A stretch of DNA of 64,000 nucleotides from Negaprion brevirostris (Eukaryota). The notes under the pieces were generated by a model that saw only the letters and a list, made by a program, of their open reading frames with translations, did no database searches and was not told the DNA's origin. This document shows positions 63,801 to 64,000 of the stretch, piece after piece. Positions within the stretch are counted from its first letter, which is position 1. The number at the start of each line of letters is the position of its first letter. Both the position numbers and the translations under genes were made by a program. Location of the stretch: NCBI GenBank assembly GCA_030324005.1, contig JARDVH010000031.1, positions 70,784,954-70,848,953 of the forward strand, read 5' to 3'.

Positions 63801-64000
63801 CCTAATTCAATATCAGAAAAAAGTCTCTTCTGACGAACCATGATCCTTTAGTTTTAACATTAAAAATATCAGTCCCATCAACAGTAATTGATTTTTTTGT
63901 AGCTAAATTATATTTTTCAATGGAAAATATGACTCCAGCCTGGTTGATGAGGTACATGTCCAACTGGTACTTCATTTTATCCTCAACAGAATACATGGGG

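Noticed and set aside
50044-64000. Search for ZEB2 exon 3 (VVNYDNVV..GSETDEEDKLHIAEDD), including donor-like sites at about 51900, 55303 and 58264
   Set aside because: No matching translation was found upstream of these GT sites, so exon 3 is presumably outside the window or in a gap.

Overview
Eukaryotic (vertebrate) genomic DNA from a gapped draft assembly. It is almost certainly a shark or other elasmobranch, judged from the HE1-type V-SINEs, Deu-domain SINEs and CR1/L2/Penelope relics. The main content is the 3' part of ZEB2 (SIP1/ZFHX1B) on the minus strand. Seven GT-AG coding exons were reconstructed by hand, equivalent to human exons 4-10: 49972-50043, 44776-44964, 36734-36948, 33784-33892, 30873-32872, 29081-29361 and 27312-27889. 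These are followed by a repeat-free 3'UTR of about 5 kb with a dense cluster of miR-200-family and other seed sites. Exons 1-3 were not found and presumably lie beyond 64000. A CpG island at about 18.6-19.3 kb looks like the promoter and first exon of the next minus-strand gene, which would be GTDC1/QTMAN by vertebrate synteny (no coding sequence seen). The rest is intronic or intergenic with nested transposon relics. No convincing new biological system was found. The best leads are a ZEB1-like Lys in the ZEB2 Smad-binding QxVx repeat, a zero-length assembly gap inside exon 9, the miRNA/polyadenylation architecture, a uORF in the CpG-island exon, Penelope-derived hammerhead relics, Harbinger fossils and candidate intronic enhancers. 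Repeat boundaries are approximate, and family names and human comparisons are from recall rather than database searches.
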